DNA from: Phoronis australis
Taxonomy: Eukaryota; Animalia; Phoronida
DNA: 64,000 bases
Direction: 5' to 3'
Assembly (NCBI GenBank): GCA_002633005.1
Contig: NMRA01000057.1
Coordinates: 811,499 to 875,498 of the forward strand
Positions 24,550-36,777 of the stretch are shown here, piece by piece. Made by a program: the position numbers and the translations under genes. Below the pieces are notes generated by a model. It saw only the letters and a program-made list of their open reading frames with translations, was not told where the DNA came from and made no database searches. Position 1 is the first letter of the stretch, and each line of letters begins with the position of its first letter.

Positions 24550-26575
24550 TGATATTAAAGGTGTTCTATTAGACAACTTGAAGTTTTCTCATTTTTGTAT
24601 GCAAATGGTATTGTTTTAATAGCCGAGAATGAACACAATCTTCAAGTCATGCTTAACCATGTTTTCGAGTGGTGCAAAATTGGGAACTTTGTATTAAATA
24701 GCGACAGACAAATATTGAATTGTGCCCTTCAGAAATAAGAATTACCCTGTCTTTCAACCTAACTTTTGAAAATTTAAATCTTGTTTACAAATCAAAGTAC
24801 AAATACTTAGGTGCCTATTTTAACGAGTTTTTAGATTTTCAAGACACTGTTCAACACCTAAGAGATTTTGGCTATAAAACTTTTAACCATCTCGATTCTG
24901 CATGTGTACAACCCATTATGAAATATTGGGATTGTTCTAAAAATCCCACGACCTACAATCCCATCGACCCTACTCGACTCTATCTGAACATAGAATAAGC
25001 GCTGACTCGCAGGACCAATGAGTTGATCTTGGCTGGCTTTCCCTGTTTTTTTTTGCAATTAAAAAGTTGATTCGGCAAGTTTGAAAGCCAAAAACAGAAA
25101 AAACGCGACCAATTAAAAATCAAATCAAAACCTACCAACGTTACAAATGTTCCCGGCACAGTGTAATCTTCTCGTCTGCTCTACAGGGAATTGCAGATTC
25201 AACTTTTTGCGGAGAGTGCGAGGAACCGACAAAACTGTAATTTCATCAGTAAGTACAGTTTGGAAAACAAACTGTTAACTAAAAAGTATTGCAACGTTAT
25301 ATGGAGTATTTTTTATCGAGCATACAACAGAAAGCAAATAATAAAAATGTGAAATTATGTACATTCACGTTTACGTACTGCCTCTCTAAGTTTAGTAGAA
25401 CTGGACCATTGGTAGCCGCTCATGCAACTATTTCCGTGACAACGATAGCGCGCTCACAATGCGCTATTTCAGATCACGTTCTCACGCTTCTTTCTTTTTT
25501 AATCACCAGACTTGAAGCAGACCAGACTCGCGTGTAGGTATGTCTTATGGGAAAATCACTCAGCGACGCCTGTAATAAGATAATGAAATATGTAAAAGCG
25601 CAAAAATACTTCTATTGCCACTGGTTGTGGGTCGAGGGGTCGTGGGGGTTTTAGGACAATCTGAAATATTGCTCTGGGGTCTGGGGATTTCAATATTTTC
25701 GTTGTTATAACTTTGTACAAAACAGAGCTAAATGGTGTATTATTATGGTGTCCATCGCTCAGCTCCTGTTGCTGCCATAATAGGTGACATGGGTTGGATT
25801 CCACCGTCATGTGAATGTGGTTCGTCTGTGGACTAGAATATTGAGTTTTGATTTTGGAAGACTTACCAGAAAAGTTTTTGAATGGGACTATCACCAAAAC
25901 AATTCAATTTGGTCCTCCGAGATGAAAACAATTTTCAACTCTTGTCAGTTAAATCATTCATTAGAATCCAAAATGAAATGCGATATCACTGTTTTACAAA
26001 GAAATCTTATTAAGAGTGTGGTTGGTAACTGGGAAAATACTGTTAATCAATCACCTAAAATTAAGAGCCCACAAAATTTTTAAAAAGGACTTTTTAATAA
26101 AAACTACTTACGTTCGTGTTTGACCAGATATTGTAGATCACCTTTATCACAATTTTGTTTTGGAATTTTATCACTTCATATTGGAACTGGTAGATTTTCT
26201 AACACTGACCTCTGTAACAGATTTTGCTTGCTTTGCTGTTGAGGGTGAAATTCATTTTCACTGTCATTATCCTTTTTACAAGTTTTAAGAATTTTGTTGT
26301 TTTATCAAATCACTTTTATTCTCCCGTATTTCTGAAGACAAACTTGCTATTTTTTGTAATAAGTTTTCTAAAGACCTGGCAAGATATATAGTAGGTTTTT
26401 TAATGTACGACAAGATGTTCTGTCCCCTTTTAAATTTTATAAAAAGTTTTGAGCTTCATATCAAATTGTATGTGCATTGCTCTTTTTGTATTTTGTTTAA
26501 AGTGACTAATGAGCCCAGTGCGCTGGGTGTTCAAGTAACACTGGTCACTGTAATAAATTTATTTTCTTCTTCTAT
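24550..26575 (+). mobile_element. 5'-truncated degenerate non-LTR retrotransposon (RT plus C-terminal region), interrupted ~24950-25780
   Basis: LYANGIVLIAENEHNLQVMLNHVFEWC (decayed YADD), YKYLGAYFNEFLDF, GDMGW, RLWTRIL..GRLTRKVFEWD, LHIGTGRF...RFCLLC...EIHF; AATAAA at ~26552. Confidence 0.75.
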
Positions 26576-26654
26576 AAACAACACCTTATTTAGTGTTAAA
26601 AGTTATTTTAGAAATGGTTGCGTGAATGAGTTCACTATTGCATGAACTAAAGGA

Positions 26655-28340
26655 ATATCGATTTCCTATAGAATTCCTGTAGGATCAAGATTTCCTTTAG
26701 GAATTTCTACAGGAATTTCTATAGGAATATCGATTTGCTATGGGATCAAGATTTCCTATAGGAATTCCTATAGAAAAAACTCCTATAGGAAGTTTTTCAG
26801 AAATCTGATTTCTAAACATTTTAATAAACAAAATAATAGCCTAAGAGTATATAGTAAGATATCTGTTTGTTTTTATCTACTTTCAGCTCTTCTGGGTCAT
26901 TAATTTTTTTAAATTTTAATATTCAGGCTAGTCTTAATATGTTAATTGCTTCGTCATTTTGGTATTTCCTACATTAGATCATGTACTAGTTGTACTCATT
27001 TCATTGCCAAAAATAATTTCATTTAAAAATTAGACTTAATATTGTCTATGACGTACACTGTTTTACATATTGTGTAAAAAGCACATTTTTGAACGTAAAG
27101 CAAATCCAATAGGAAATTCTGTTGTATCCAGAAGGATAGTCTATTGAGTATTTTGTAAGATCTTATTGAATTTACTACAGAATACTTCTGATCGAGCCTA
27201 TAGAATCCTGTTGCAGTTTCTATACAAACATATTGACCTTCCTACAGCATCGTATTGAACTTCCTGTAGAATCCTATTGAACCTCCTATAGGATCCTATG
27301 AGACTTCCTATAGAATCCTATTGAACTTCTTATAGAATTTTTTTGAACGTCCTATGGGATTCTATTAAACTTCCTACAGAATCAGACTAAACTTCTTATA
27401 GAAAACTATTGAACTTCCTATAGAGTCCTATTGAAGTTCCTATAGGACCCTATTGAACTTCCTATAGGATCCCATTGAACCTCCTATAGGATCCTATTGA
27501 ACTTCATGCAGAATTCTATTAAACTTCCTTTAGAATATCATTGAAATTCAATAGGAATCCATGGGAAGTTCAATAGGATTCTACATCACCTATTGAACTT
27601 CCTGTATAATCCTACTGAATTTCCTATAGAATCCTACTGAACTTCCTATAGATGAAATTCTCTTAAAACATAACCTGAAAGGGTGAACTATATAGCTTTC
27701 ATTATAGCTGTTTCATTTCTGGTGTTGTAAAATATAATAATGTCTCACCTTCTACAGGAACATTTTGATTATGTGTATGGCTTAGTGGCTAAAGTGGACG
27801 GTTTCTCAACTGAACAACAGGTGTCCCTGAAAGGCGATTCAATGAACAGTTATCTTTACAGCAATTAAAACACTCGACATAAGCTTACAGCTTTGAATAT
27901 CAGAGAACAACATATAAAAGCCTATAGCATTCAGCATTTAAATATTAAGTTACTTTAACATGTTTTGAAAAAGCAAAAAGGAACACACAAGTCTCTTGTA
28001 GCCCCAATTTAGTGCATCCATTTGTAACATAGATAGATATCCTGACTGGCAGTTTCCGTAATGGAATCCGTCTATAGGATCCTATTGGATTTCCGATAGG
28101 ATCCAATTGGAAACCCTATAAGATCCTATTGGATTTTCTATAGGATCCAAAAGAAAATCCCATGGGATCCAATTGGAAATCCTACAGGAATTCTAATAGG
28201 ATCCAATAGAAAATCCTATAGGAACCTATAAGAAATTGGGTCAAAATCCAATTGGATTCCCAATAGGAAATCCTATAAAATTCCTATTGGGTTTCCTATA
28301 GGAATTCAATAGGACATCCTATTGAAATTTTCTGTAAGGG
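26655..28340. repeat. Satellite-like arrays of ~21-22-bp ctatagga/cctattgaactt units in three blocks
   Basis: Blocks at ~26655-26795, 27105-27655 and 28070-28340; units such as cctattgaacttcctatagga and ctataggatcctattggattt; last block ends ttttctgtaaggg. Confidence 0.8.
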
Positions 28341-28380
28341 TTGATGTGCAATTCGAAAGCGATATGTGTTGCATTAAATT

Positions 28381-28538
28381 CAGTGCCTGATTTAGGGGGA
28401 GAGGGCAAGGGAAACATGCCCTCCTAAAATTCTCCCACATTCCATTTGGCAGCTCGGGGGTGCGAAAGTCTGAAGGGCAAAATCCTGGCTAATACTCTAC
28501 CCTGCCCTCCCCAACTCAAAATCCTGGATCAGGCCCTG
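28381..28538. mobile_element. Short MITE
   Basis: Imperfect TIRs cagtgcctgatttagg / cctggatcaggccctg. Confidence 0.4.
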
Positions 28539-28783
28539 AGATTCTACACTTTCAATGTACGGACATCCAACCCATTGCAAGGATTTATTTACCGACCATT
28601 TGTGTATCCGCGTACTGAGTTCAAACGTGTCTGAATTCAGCATTGGTTTACTGACTATGAAGTATCTTCATTTCGGGTGATAAAGCACGTGTTACATGTA
28701 TGTAGTGAGATTTCCTGAAATTGTCAATACGAAACGCTTTCGCAACATCTCGCGCCGGCGCTAGTGTTTTGAGTTGGTTGGAA

Positions 28784-28829
28784 ATGATGATCATTGGTTC
28801 TTACTGGGTGTGCGTCTTTCTTTGCAGAG
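28784..28829 (+). CDS. Ig-superfamily protein exon 1 (signal peptide MMIIGSYWVCVFLCR)
   Basis: ATG at 28784, hydrophobic stretch, donor AGAG|GTAATA, phase 1 matching exon 2 (continues GVKS-DE, a plausible cleavage site). Confidence 0.6.
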
Positions 28830-29017
28830 GTAATATGAAAGAACGTGTTTTGTTAAACAATGTTCTTGAAAATGAATGAAGACGGCTATTTCTCATTTCT
28901 CAATTGGGTTAATTGTTGTGTTCCTCGATGAAGTTGAGAATACACATGTTTCATTGTTTCATCGGTGAAATATGTCAAATGTTTTTGAAGAAATGTAGTA
29001 CCCCTTATTGCTCTTAG

Positions 29018-29404
29018 GTGTCAAAAGTGATGAATCGACGGTGACGACACGTGTCGACCAGGAATACTTTGTGGAAAAAGGAAAGGCTCTCGAAGTTCGA
29101 ATAGAATTCTTTCCCTTGGACGAGGTCGAGTATATTCTCCTAGAGAGTGATGCGTCAGGAGGAAAGAACGTGATTGTCTACCAGAAAGTTATTATACCCC
29201 TTCTGGATCTGCCGGGGATAGGTACTGGGGTGTTTCACAAGCGCTTGAAGGATAGTTTAAAGGTGATTGGGACGCGAGGCATTGTCTCGCTCACCGTGAA
29301 GGACATGCAGGCATGCGACCCAGGCAGATACCTATTGACGGTGAAAGAAAGGAACCTGGCAAGAAACAAACACGGCACAACGTCTTTGGATGTCCACATC
29401 ATAG
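29018..29404 (+). CDS. Ig-superfamily protein exon 2, V-type Ig-like domain lacking canonical Cys
   Basis: Acceptor ctcttag, donor ATAG|GTGATA, 387 nt phase 1-1; FHKRL...VSLTVKDMQACDPGRYLLTV carries the Ig V-set R..SLTI....D.G.Y pattern. Confidence 0.75.
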
Positions 29405-30359
29405 GTGATAACGCCTTTAAATTAGTACCAACTTATTAGCAAAGAAAAATGTCAAAACCACGAGCATATCACCTGAAGTTAGCTGAGCTAGTAGTCGGTA
29501 TTCTCTGTATCGTTATACGATTGCTGGAAGTCCGTTCATTGAAACTGTAGAATTAGGTCATATATATCACACTCGAATTACACTTCAAGTATTAACCTTC
29601 ACACGTCGAAGTTGCGATGGCGTGAACGCGTCTGTAGAAATAAGACGGAGAATATAACTGCAAGGAAATTAAGCTATTCGAAAGAACTGACTTATGCATT
29701 CGAAAATTCGACTTTAACTTTTGGCTTGTCACTTCACGATTTGCATTCAGTTTTTGTGAACTCGTGAAGTTAATCATTCACTTGGCTGATTGGCTGGCGT
29801 TCGGGGAAAACTGAGATACTCAACTCTGGCAGAAGATTTGATTAGTATTTGTTAGATAAAGGTAAAAAGAGGCGAAATATAACGGGTAAGGCCGTTTGTG
29901 GTTTCCTAAACATGTCAAGGGAATTTGATTTGGTTAGCATACAAACACACTGAACAAGAATTTTCATCCCATCCTTTTGATTCATGTCCATTTCACCCGG
30001 TAGATGCGCCCTCCGATGGCCCTTCAGCTTTATTTAAGAGCTGAGTATTGGCTACTAAGACAGCTGCAGGAAGACTGACGCCCAAACAAATTATGTAGTT
30101 AATCAGCTTTGTACCTAAGCCACATCAAGAATACATCTCTCGGTCGAGGTCCCGCTTTGACGGAGCATCAAATCCCAGAGAAATTGTGGATGAAAGACCA
30201 CCATTTTCGTCTGCCATCCAGTTAACGATATGAAGACAATCGTATAAAAAATTGCACCAATAGGCTACCCTGACAGTGCGCTTTTTTGTCCACTTGCGTG
30301 CAAATCCCGTTAGCGCCGTACGATTTGCCTTATGTTCAGTTGGTGTTTTAATATGAAGA

Positions 30360-30760
30360 ATTTCCGTGACATTATTAACTTTGAGGATTGTAGTGATGTT
30401 GTGTATACATTGCTTATGTTTCCAGCAAGAGTGTTTATATTGGTGAAACTTGTAGAAATTTTGGTTATAGGATGGCTAAAGGTCATAAGGTCGTTGGCGA
30501 CATAACCAGTTATAGAGATTTCACCAGGTCGGACAGGAAAACTTCTCTCAGTGAATTTTACAAATCAGCTATTACGTAAGAAAAAACAATCATGTGGTTG
30601 AATGGGAAAGTGAAAAAAATAATGGATAGTGAAAGTGACACTAGAAAAAGAAGAATAAGGGAATTTATCTGCATTAGAAAAGAATCCATTGTCATGGGCA
30701 GAGACGATGGCGCACTTAAATTTTCTCGTGTTTATGACGTCATCTTGGCCCCCTCTTCGT
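30360..30760 (+). mobile_element. Penelope-like element 3' fragment (GIY-YIG endonuclease), degenerate
   Basis: DVVY...KSVYIGETCRNFGYRM...KSAIT...NHVVEWE..KIMDSESDTRKRRIREFICIRK...MGRDDG...SRVYD across frameshifts. Confidence 0.8.
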
Positions 30761-31914
30761 CACAAGGTCATACTGAGGCAGGAAGCAGCCAACATCGACT
30801 TTCGAAAACTTCTGCCGTTTATTGGATAATTTAAAGGGTTTTTAGAGGAAATTTCTTCTGTATGTCATCCTGATGAAATTGTTTAGTGACTAATACACGT
30901 CATTTTCTTGCATAATTCTCCATATTTTGTAACAAAGAAGTCTATCGTCGTTTTGGAAACAATACGCTCTTGACTCGCACGTAGCCTACCATTTGTTTTT
31001 TTGCGACGTCTCTCCTGAGATGATGACAGCTTCGTAAAAGAAAAGTTTGTTCTGAAATTAGGTTTTGTGGTATTCAAATGCTAAAAAATATAACGAAATG
31101 AAACCAGTTCCGATATTTTTGTGTCATGTACGCAACTTCGTGGACAAGAGCTAAAAGAGAAACTGGTCAATGGGTCACGCTATATTTCATTATGCCGAAA
31201 GCCGACGCACTACTTCAGCCATTTTTCTGAAATCGCCGGAATATCACGAGTAATACAAAGTTATACCAACTTTGAAAATTTCTCCGGTATCATATAAAAA
31301 TGAAAACTAACGGTGTATTGCACCAGTTTAGGTCTAAATTATTTCAAAAATGATGTAATTTGATTCGAGAACTGATTAATTTCTGTGATCCTATAAATAA
31401 AAAAGAATTGAAAATAATGAGTACGCGGACAACCTTTATTTCAAGCAGTAACCGAAACAATGCCTTCTGTTTCATGAATGGCAGCAACACCTGTGAAAAT
31501 AATTGAAGACTGCCTTAGCTTTAATGACGTCAATTCAGCGGCCAATCGTTGCGCAGAAGATGTTTCCATAAACAAGCCTCAAATAGACTAAACCGATCAA
31601 CGCCATCTTGGGACTTAGGGACGAGGCTGTCTACAAATTTTCCAGAAGATTACGGTAGAACGGCAATTAATTACACCGGTAAATAATTTTAGTTTTAATG
31701 ACTGCAGTTCGATCGTCTAGGCGTCAGTGTCCTCCGGGATGCAGTTCGTTCGTGGAACGATACGAGTAAACCACCGTGGAGAACATTGTTGACCAACCAG
31801 CTAGTGTGGTAGTTATAATGTACTACAAGTGGGTCAAAGCCCCGTTCTACATCTATTTGGCTTGTTTGGTAGAAAACGATAGAAATGTGCTATTCTACTT
31901 TCGTTTCGTTACAG

Positions 31915-32039
31915 TTTTACCGAAATCGTCTAAACTAGAAGGCAGACAAGTGACAGCAGACACAGATTTCCCCGTCACTTTCAGATGCACTGCTACGAAC
32001 ACATTCCCAGGAAAGTTGAGATGGCGTAAATACGACATT
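31915..32039 (+). CDS. Ig-superfamily protein exon 3 (first half of Ig domain 2)
   Basis: Acceptor ttcgttacag, donor ATT|GTAAGT, phase 1 to 0; VTFRCTATNTFPGKLRWRK contains the B-strand Cys and C-strand Trp. Confidence 0.75.
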
Positions 32040-32146
32040 GTAAGTAGATCGGAATAGGTCTGCTCCCAATCAAAGGGCTTCATTGTCACGTTTCAATGAG
32101 TGGATTGGAACAAGCCAACCGCGTGAAATGCACAATGTTGTATTAA

Positions 32147-33730
32147 AGGAGCATGCCACCCGATTTAATTAGTCTTTTTACTGTCTTAATCGGTCTATAT
32201 CCACATCACCTCGCACTTGCGGTCGACCATACCTTCCGGAGATGTGTCGCGTTAACCTGTGAGGAAGGTGAGAAAAGACCCAGCAACGTCATTGGTTCAT
32301 TTTCAGAGTGAATGCCGCTATGTTGCGGGGCATCGTTCCCGCTTGTCCGAACTATGAAGCTGTGAAGAAAGTGGGTATATGATTTTTTCGACTTCCTCGA
32401 GAGCCCAAAATGCTTAGGAAGTGGTTCGCGGTAGTGAAGAATGAAAAGTACGCTGTTAATAGCAAGTATGAGGCCGTGAAACATCAAGCTCCGTGTCTGT
32501 GAACGGCATTTCGTCCACAGTGAGTCTGTACAAATGCCAAAGAACTATCCATACGTTCCGCTGCCTGAGCATGTTCAAGGCGCCTCTCTAGTAGTTTTGA
32601 TCAGTTTATTCTGGTTCGAACTGATAGCCTGTGAAACTTAACGATCCACCTCACCTGCACCTGTGAAGTCTTCGTCGGATGAGGTCTCGTCTAAGTCGGG
32701 ATTGCTAGAGGCCATGTTGACGTTTATTATTCTGCGTGCTGTTTCAAAATGAATTATTCTCACCCTAACCAATGATTATATAAAACTGAAAGAAAGTCTG
32801 TCTCATTAGATACAATGTGTAATGCCTTTGGAATATTAGTGAGTGCAAATGTTTTGAGAAGCCAATAATGCGTTACCGGCTTGAGATGCAATAAAGGTAA
32901 TTGACCGGGCACCGAGGCCGTGTGAGCGCATGCTAAGTCAGTGTTTGCTGACAGAAAGTTGTTGTGAAACAATAACTCGATTTTTATGGTGTGGTCACAT
33001 GTTAGTGGAATCGTTATTTAGATATACAAATACATTATTCACATCATTGTTACTGTACAACTTTTGCCCTGACGGTTCTGTGGAAGGGGAACCTGACTTC
33101 GCGGCTACCGACAAGTAAGTAGATTTGCAGTTTCGTGGCTAATTACGTAAATAATTACGTGAACATTATTTCTTTGGCTCACTATATAGTCTTCTTTTTG
33201 TGACTGGAGGTTTAGCTTCCATCTTAAGCTGGTTTATGTTCCTGATGTCCAGTCCCGGCGGCCGCGACGGGCCTGATCGGGTTCCAAACCACTGGCATGG
33301 AGTAACAAGCGTTTTGTGTGTTTAGAACAGAGAAAGTCGCAAGTCTAAAAGTACAACACACAGCTAAGTTTCCCCGTCTGTATTTCACGGAAGAATGATT
33401 CCAATTTATGACCAAACAGCCCCAAACTCCCGCGATCGACCATAATGGTAAATTGACCTACCGAACTCTCATGTAGGCTACGGGATGTTCAAATACCTAT
33501 AAATTCGAAACAGTGAGATAAAACAACACGTTTGTTCAAGAACTTGATGTATTTGTAAGGGGTTTACATCAAATTTTGACTGCGTTTGAACCGATTACGT
33601 CATTGGTTAATTTCAACACCTCCGTCTTCCGTCAGGTGTCAGGTAAAACAACTGAACTTGCTGTTATCGAGTGGATCTACTCGACTTAAATTGACACAAA
33701 ATAGGTTGTTTTTTTGGGTGGCATTCTCCG
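32147..33730 (-). mobile_element. Degenerate Kolobok-like element in Ig-gene intron
   Basis: TTAA|AGGAGCATGCCACCC at 32143 and GGGTGGCATTCTCC at 33716-33729 (imperfect TIR); minus strand MASSNPDLDETSSDEDF and GYQFEPE near 32715-32610; weak THAP-like traces near 33445-33200. Confidence 0.5.
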
Positions 33731-34992
33731 GTTTTATGCAAATAAAAATCGGATTTCGATTTTGTTTTTTAGCCAAATAAACAGGGCGAAATGGTGCTTT
33801 ACATATTCTGCACTTTATCGATTGAGACTTAGCTCCGAAAGTAGAGCGTTAGACTGCGACTGCGATGGTTCCAGATTGGATTCCGCGCTTAATGGCTGAT
33901 CTCAGAAAATCAATTCAATCGCCGATAATGTCTCGTTAAGGGGTTCCGGCACAGTTTGCCAAAAGGCCACAGAATATTTGTTGTTTTACGACACTGACTA
34001 ATTTATATAAATTTGATAATTTTCTTATACTTTAAAGACAGATAATTTTATAGAATGTCGATTACTGCGTTTGGCTTTATGTTATGGTTTTAAATTATAG
34101 CATTTCACGATTGCTCACGAACGAAAACACAAGTGTCGACATATAAATTCCCAGTATAATCCGTTTCAAAGGGATTTCAGTCAAATTTCATTTTCCTATG
34201 TAAATTACACATTTGTGTCAAAGGCGCCTCAGTTTAAAGATATTCTTTCCGCTTCATTACACTTAGAAACTTCGTAAAACAAATTTCAAAGCAAGTTTAG
34301 TCGAAACATAAGCCCTGCTGATGCTCAAACAACTCCAAACACTTTCAAATTAACTTATACTAATATTTTTAGTTTGATTTTATTTTTTAGATTGCACCTC
34401 CATTTAAAATGGCTGTCGTGGTGAGTGACAGCTGACTAATCCATTATGGGTACTCAATCAGCTGAAGCCTTGTGTTACGAGGTTTCCGCGGAAACCCCGC
34501 CTGCTTAAAAATAATGATAACATGAGGCAAACGCAAACAGGTTGAAAGTTACGAAGTGCTGATGTTTTGGTGACGTCTTTCGTCCCCACTAGCTTATCCC
34601 TAGCCAGCCGGAATTTATACTGCACATTGAGGGTCACCAAATTTGCTCTACTAGTCAGTCACTCAACAAGTTTGCCCGGATAAATTCTCTCGGCGGCCCC
34701 GTTCGCCTCTTTCTGTTCTTTCCGACCTTTTCTCAGCCAATTTCCATGCAAAATAATCATTCCCGCAACTAAAAAGGAATTTTGACAACTACCAAATATC
34801 TGCATTCACGTGAATTCTGTTTGTGCTAGGAGAAATTCTTTTCTCACATGACCTGGAATGTGTTATGACACTACTGGTTAATAACACCGAGTACGTAATT
34901 TTTTGATATTACATGGGCAAATCACAAAGTAGTGCAAAGTAGAAATCCATACGTCTTACGTTTTATTGTCTGCAGAACACTAAATACCAACA

Positions 34993-35124
34993 ACATGTGC
35001 GGCGCAGCACTGAAAAAAGTGGGGGCTATAGCCCCCGCCCCCCAGCCCCCTGTTGTGCACCGCCCCGAGACCATGGGCGCCGGAGCACTGAAAAAGTGGG
35101 GCTATAGCCCATGCGCCGCCCATG
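34993..35124. mobile_element. Short MITE family member (related copies at ~15444-15476 and ~38302-38368)
   Basis: TIR-like catgtgcggcgca / tgcgccgcccatg, internal gcactgaaaaaagtgggggctatagccc duplicated; aacaa on both flanks. Confidence 0.6.
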
Positions 35125-35584
35125 AACAAGCAAACACATGGCAACCAAACAATGCCGGAATTCCGTGAAGGTGACAAGGTTATGATTGGCAAATCGCAAC
35201 TGTACGTACCCCAGTCGGAAGGACATGCAAACAACTTTTTAAAAGGACCCATTTTCGGTGGCGAATTCCGACGTTCATTCAAACGGAGACGAATCCCAAC
35301 AAAAGAAACGCGGTCAGACTGTTTAGCTGTGCTGTCTCAAGGTCAATCCAGTGCTCACGCGTGGGAAGCCCTGTCGACTGTTACTTAAACATTTGTTAAA
35401 GTTTTAATATTACAACTTCAAAGACTATTTATTAGATTCAAAAAGTAACTGTGGAAGGGTGTTTTACAAAAGTTGCAAACCTCGAGATTTTGAGGTTTTG
35501 CCCATGTCATAAACCTGAGACTCGTGTAGGATTCTCTATGTATTGCATTTCTCAACACAGAAGTTAAAACTGGCAATTTTTCAG

Positions 35585-35801
35585 GAAGAAGAAAAAGAAG
35601 TGGCGTTTGGTGAACGTGAGCAACAGCAAAACAATGTTGCCTCCAAGCAATTGTCTGTGGTTGATCACTGTATCTTTGAGCGTGTGGAGAGAAGTCTTAT
35701 ATTACAAGACCGAAGTACCGTCTCCGGAGTCCACCAGTTCCGATATGAGTGCATGCTTGGAAACAAAGTGCTTCGGTCCACGTCAGCGTTCGGATCAAGC
35801 G
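35585..35801 (+). CDS. Ig-superfamily protein exon 4 (second half of Ig domain 2)
   Basis: Acceptor ttttttcag, donor AGCG|GTAAGT, 217 nt phase 0 to 1, open frame; RSLIL...FRYECML supplies the F-strand YxC. Confidence 0.7.
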
Positions 35802-36777
35802 GTAAGTTTCTCAAATTGTAGAAAAGGTAACCACAAACTATTTCGCAAATTTCGCCGCCCTCATGAGAGCCTGTCTAAAGTCATGCTATTATGGTAAACA
35901 ATTATTTGATATCTGACTTTAACAAAGCCTCGCGGGAGGTGTCCATGATGAAATGAACTTGGAACCGGAGCGTTCGAAACAAGGGCGGATGAATCGTTTT
36001 CGGGACCTAATTTAAAATTGACTTAAGACCCATTCATCTATGATATCTAAGGTCACGAAAACTCAATGACACATTAAAGACTTTGAAATTTTGCTTTATG
36101 CACCTACTTTTTAGAAGATTTCTCTGCAGCTCCATTGTTCCGCACATTCGGTGGAAAGATTATGAATGATGGGGGTGTAGCGGTATATTAGAATCGACTA
36201 CTTATAATCAAGCTGAACTCCCGGAATCATCTTTCGCTGTAAACACCGCATTTCCTTGTTGGCTGTTTCAGTGCTTAAAGAGTTCCCACCGTGATCCTGT
36301 GTCTCAAAACGAATTTTATTAATACATCTTAAGAGATTTAATAGTCTTTAGTATACCTGTTGGTAAGAAACAAGACAAAAATTTGTAAGGGTAATCTCAT
36401 TAATGGTGTGCACTGCTTTCCGAGAGGACCAGGGCTACTGCACCTCAGAGTGTACAGATGCATGAAATAACGGCATCACCACATATTTATTATGACATTT
36501 GTTTACCAATGGCAAAAACTTCGCCCCCAAATCAATATTCCAGGATGTCATGTCTTTGTCTTGTCTTATAAATCCTGGTACAACACAGAATTTGTGTGAA
36601 TTTTCTACACGATGAAAAATAAAAAAATAAACAGCAGCACTGACATTTTTGGAAAGTAGACATCAAAAGGAGTCAATTGACATATAGTAACCTACATGAA
36701 CGTAAGTCAGAACAAAAAACAACGCTGTTACTGTTAGGTGGACAGTTGGGGTAAGTACATGTATTGTAGTCATCACT

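Noticed and set aside
36130-36190. Possible extra Ig-gene exon (APLFRTFGGKIMNDGGV)
   Set aside because: Good acceptor, but I could not find a convincing donor and phase-compatible downstream exon; left unresolved.
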